The notes beneath the pieces are model-generated. The model did not search any database, was not told where the DNA came from, and saw only the letters and a program-made list of their open reading frames with translations. DNA of 60,705 nt from Clostridia bacterium (lineage in GTDB: Bacteria > Bacillota > Clostridia > Christensenellales > UBA3700). Every line of letters begins with the position of its first letter. Within the stretch, counting starts at the first letter, position 1. Both the position numbers and the translations under genes were made by a program. The DNA lies in contig JAEEWC010000156.1 of NCBI GenBank assembly GCA_016287155.1, positions 1 through 60,705 on the forward strand. Direction: 5' to 3'. This document shows, piece by piece, positions 60,480 through 60,705 of the stretch.

Positions 60480-60535
60480 ATATGATATTATCATATTTCA
60501 TAATATAATATACTATAATACACGATATTTGTCAA
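60480..60535 (-). promoter_or_regulatory. Promoter and palindromic operator of the RHH/zeta-like pair
   Basis: Minus strand: TTGACA (60535-60530), 17-nt spacer, TATATT (60512-60507). Inverted repeat ATATGAT-N3-ATCATAT (60480-60496) lies between the -10 element and the RBS. Confidence 0.6.
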
Positions 60536-60579
60536 TTAAGCAAAAGTCTATGAAGACAAAAATGTCATGAAAGGAAAAT

Positions 60580-60602
60580 AAAAAAAAGAGGATTTCTCCT
60601 CT
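60580..60602 (-). terminator. rRNA-operon terminator
   Basis: Minus strand: AGAGGA-GAAA-TCCTCT followed by T8 (complement of 60580-60587), directly after the 5S 3' end. Confidence 0.75.
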
Positions 60603-60610
60603 TCTTTCTC

Positions 60611-60705
60611 TGGAACCGGCAACGTCCTATCCTCCCAGGCCGTCTCCAACCAAGTACTTTTAGCGCTGAAGGTCTTAACTTCTGTGTTCGGAATGTGTAC
60701 AGGTG
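60611..60705 (-). rRNA. rrf: 5S ribosomal RNA, 3' portion (5' end beyond the window)
   Basis: The reverse complement reads CACCTGTACACATTCCGAACACAGAAGTTAAGACCTTCAGCGCTAAAAGTACTTGGTTGGAGACGGCCTGGGAGGATAGGACGTTGCCGGTTCC. It aligns with the conserved 5S core (..CCGAACAC.GAAGTTAAG....AGCGC...GGTA.T.GG......GGGAG..TAGGAC.). Confidence 0.9.

Overview
This 60.7 kb window is a chromosomal segment from a low-GC, Bacillota-type genome. It uses the standard genetic code (TGA acts as a stop, for example at the end of folC) and has strong AGGAGG-type ribosome-binding sites. About 85% is coding and most of it is core metabolism. In order it holds: the 3' part of a giant modular surface protein; a folate operon (folC-folE-folP-folBK) convergent with a long minus-strand block (ECF S-component-coaX-hom-two small membrane-tailed proteins-uvrB-uvrA); glyQS; a TetR/GPH-transporter/glycosyltransferase operon; a sulfur-amino-acid operon; an ABC-2 exporter operon; a complete Enterococcus-type ntpFIKECGABD V-ATPase operon, preceded by rpiB and followed by GH3/GH2/ferredoxin genes; tsaC-LMW phosphatase; manA; a two-component system; and the 3' end of an rRNA operon (partial 5S).

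Small accessory modules interrupt this backbone:
- a DUF4417-containing three-gene coupled operon with a divergent XRE regulator (4994-7258)
- a tripartite HipB/HipS/HipT-like toxin-antitoxin locus (19355-20840)
- an AAA ATPase inserted in the tsaC-ptp-rpiB cluster
- a 536-bp cassette flanked by 35-bp direct repeats
- an RHH/zeta-like (COG4185) toxin-antitoxin pair

The most interesting signal is not in the ORF track. A consensus promoter drives a 20-codon leader ORF (MKTIARIEMCMMGGMCSYLR). It is followed by alternative antiterminator and terminator structures immediately upstream of a TcyP-like transporter operon that also encodes a tandem monothiol (CxxT) thioredoxin-fold lipoprotein and two C-S lyases. 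I read this as a candidate ribosome-mediated Cys/Met attenuator controlling an extracytoplasmic thiol/cystine-scavenging system.

I recognised no CRISPR array, tRNA, transposase or integrase. All calls come from reading the sequence and recalling family motifs. No database search was run.
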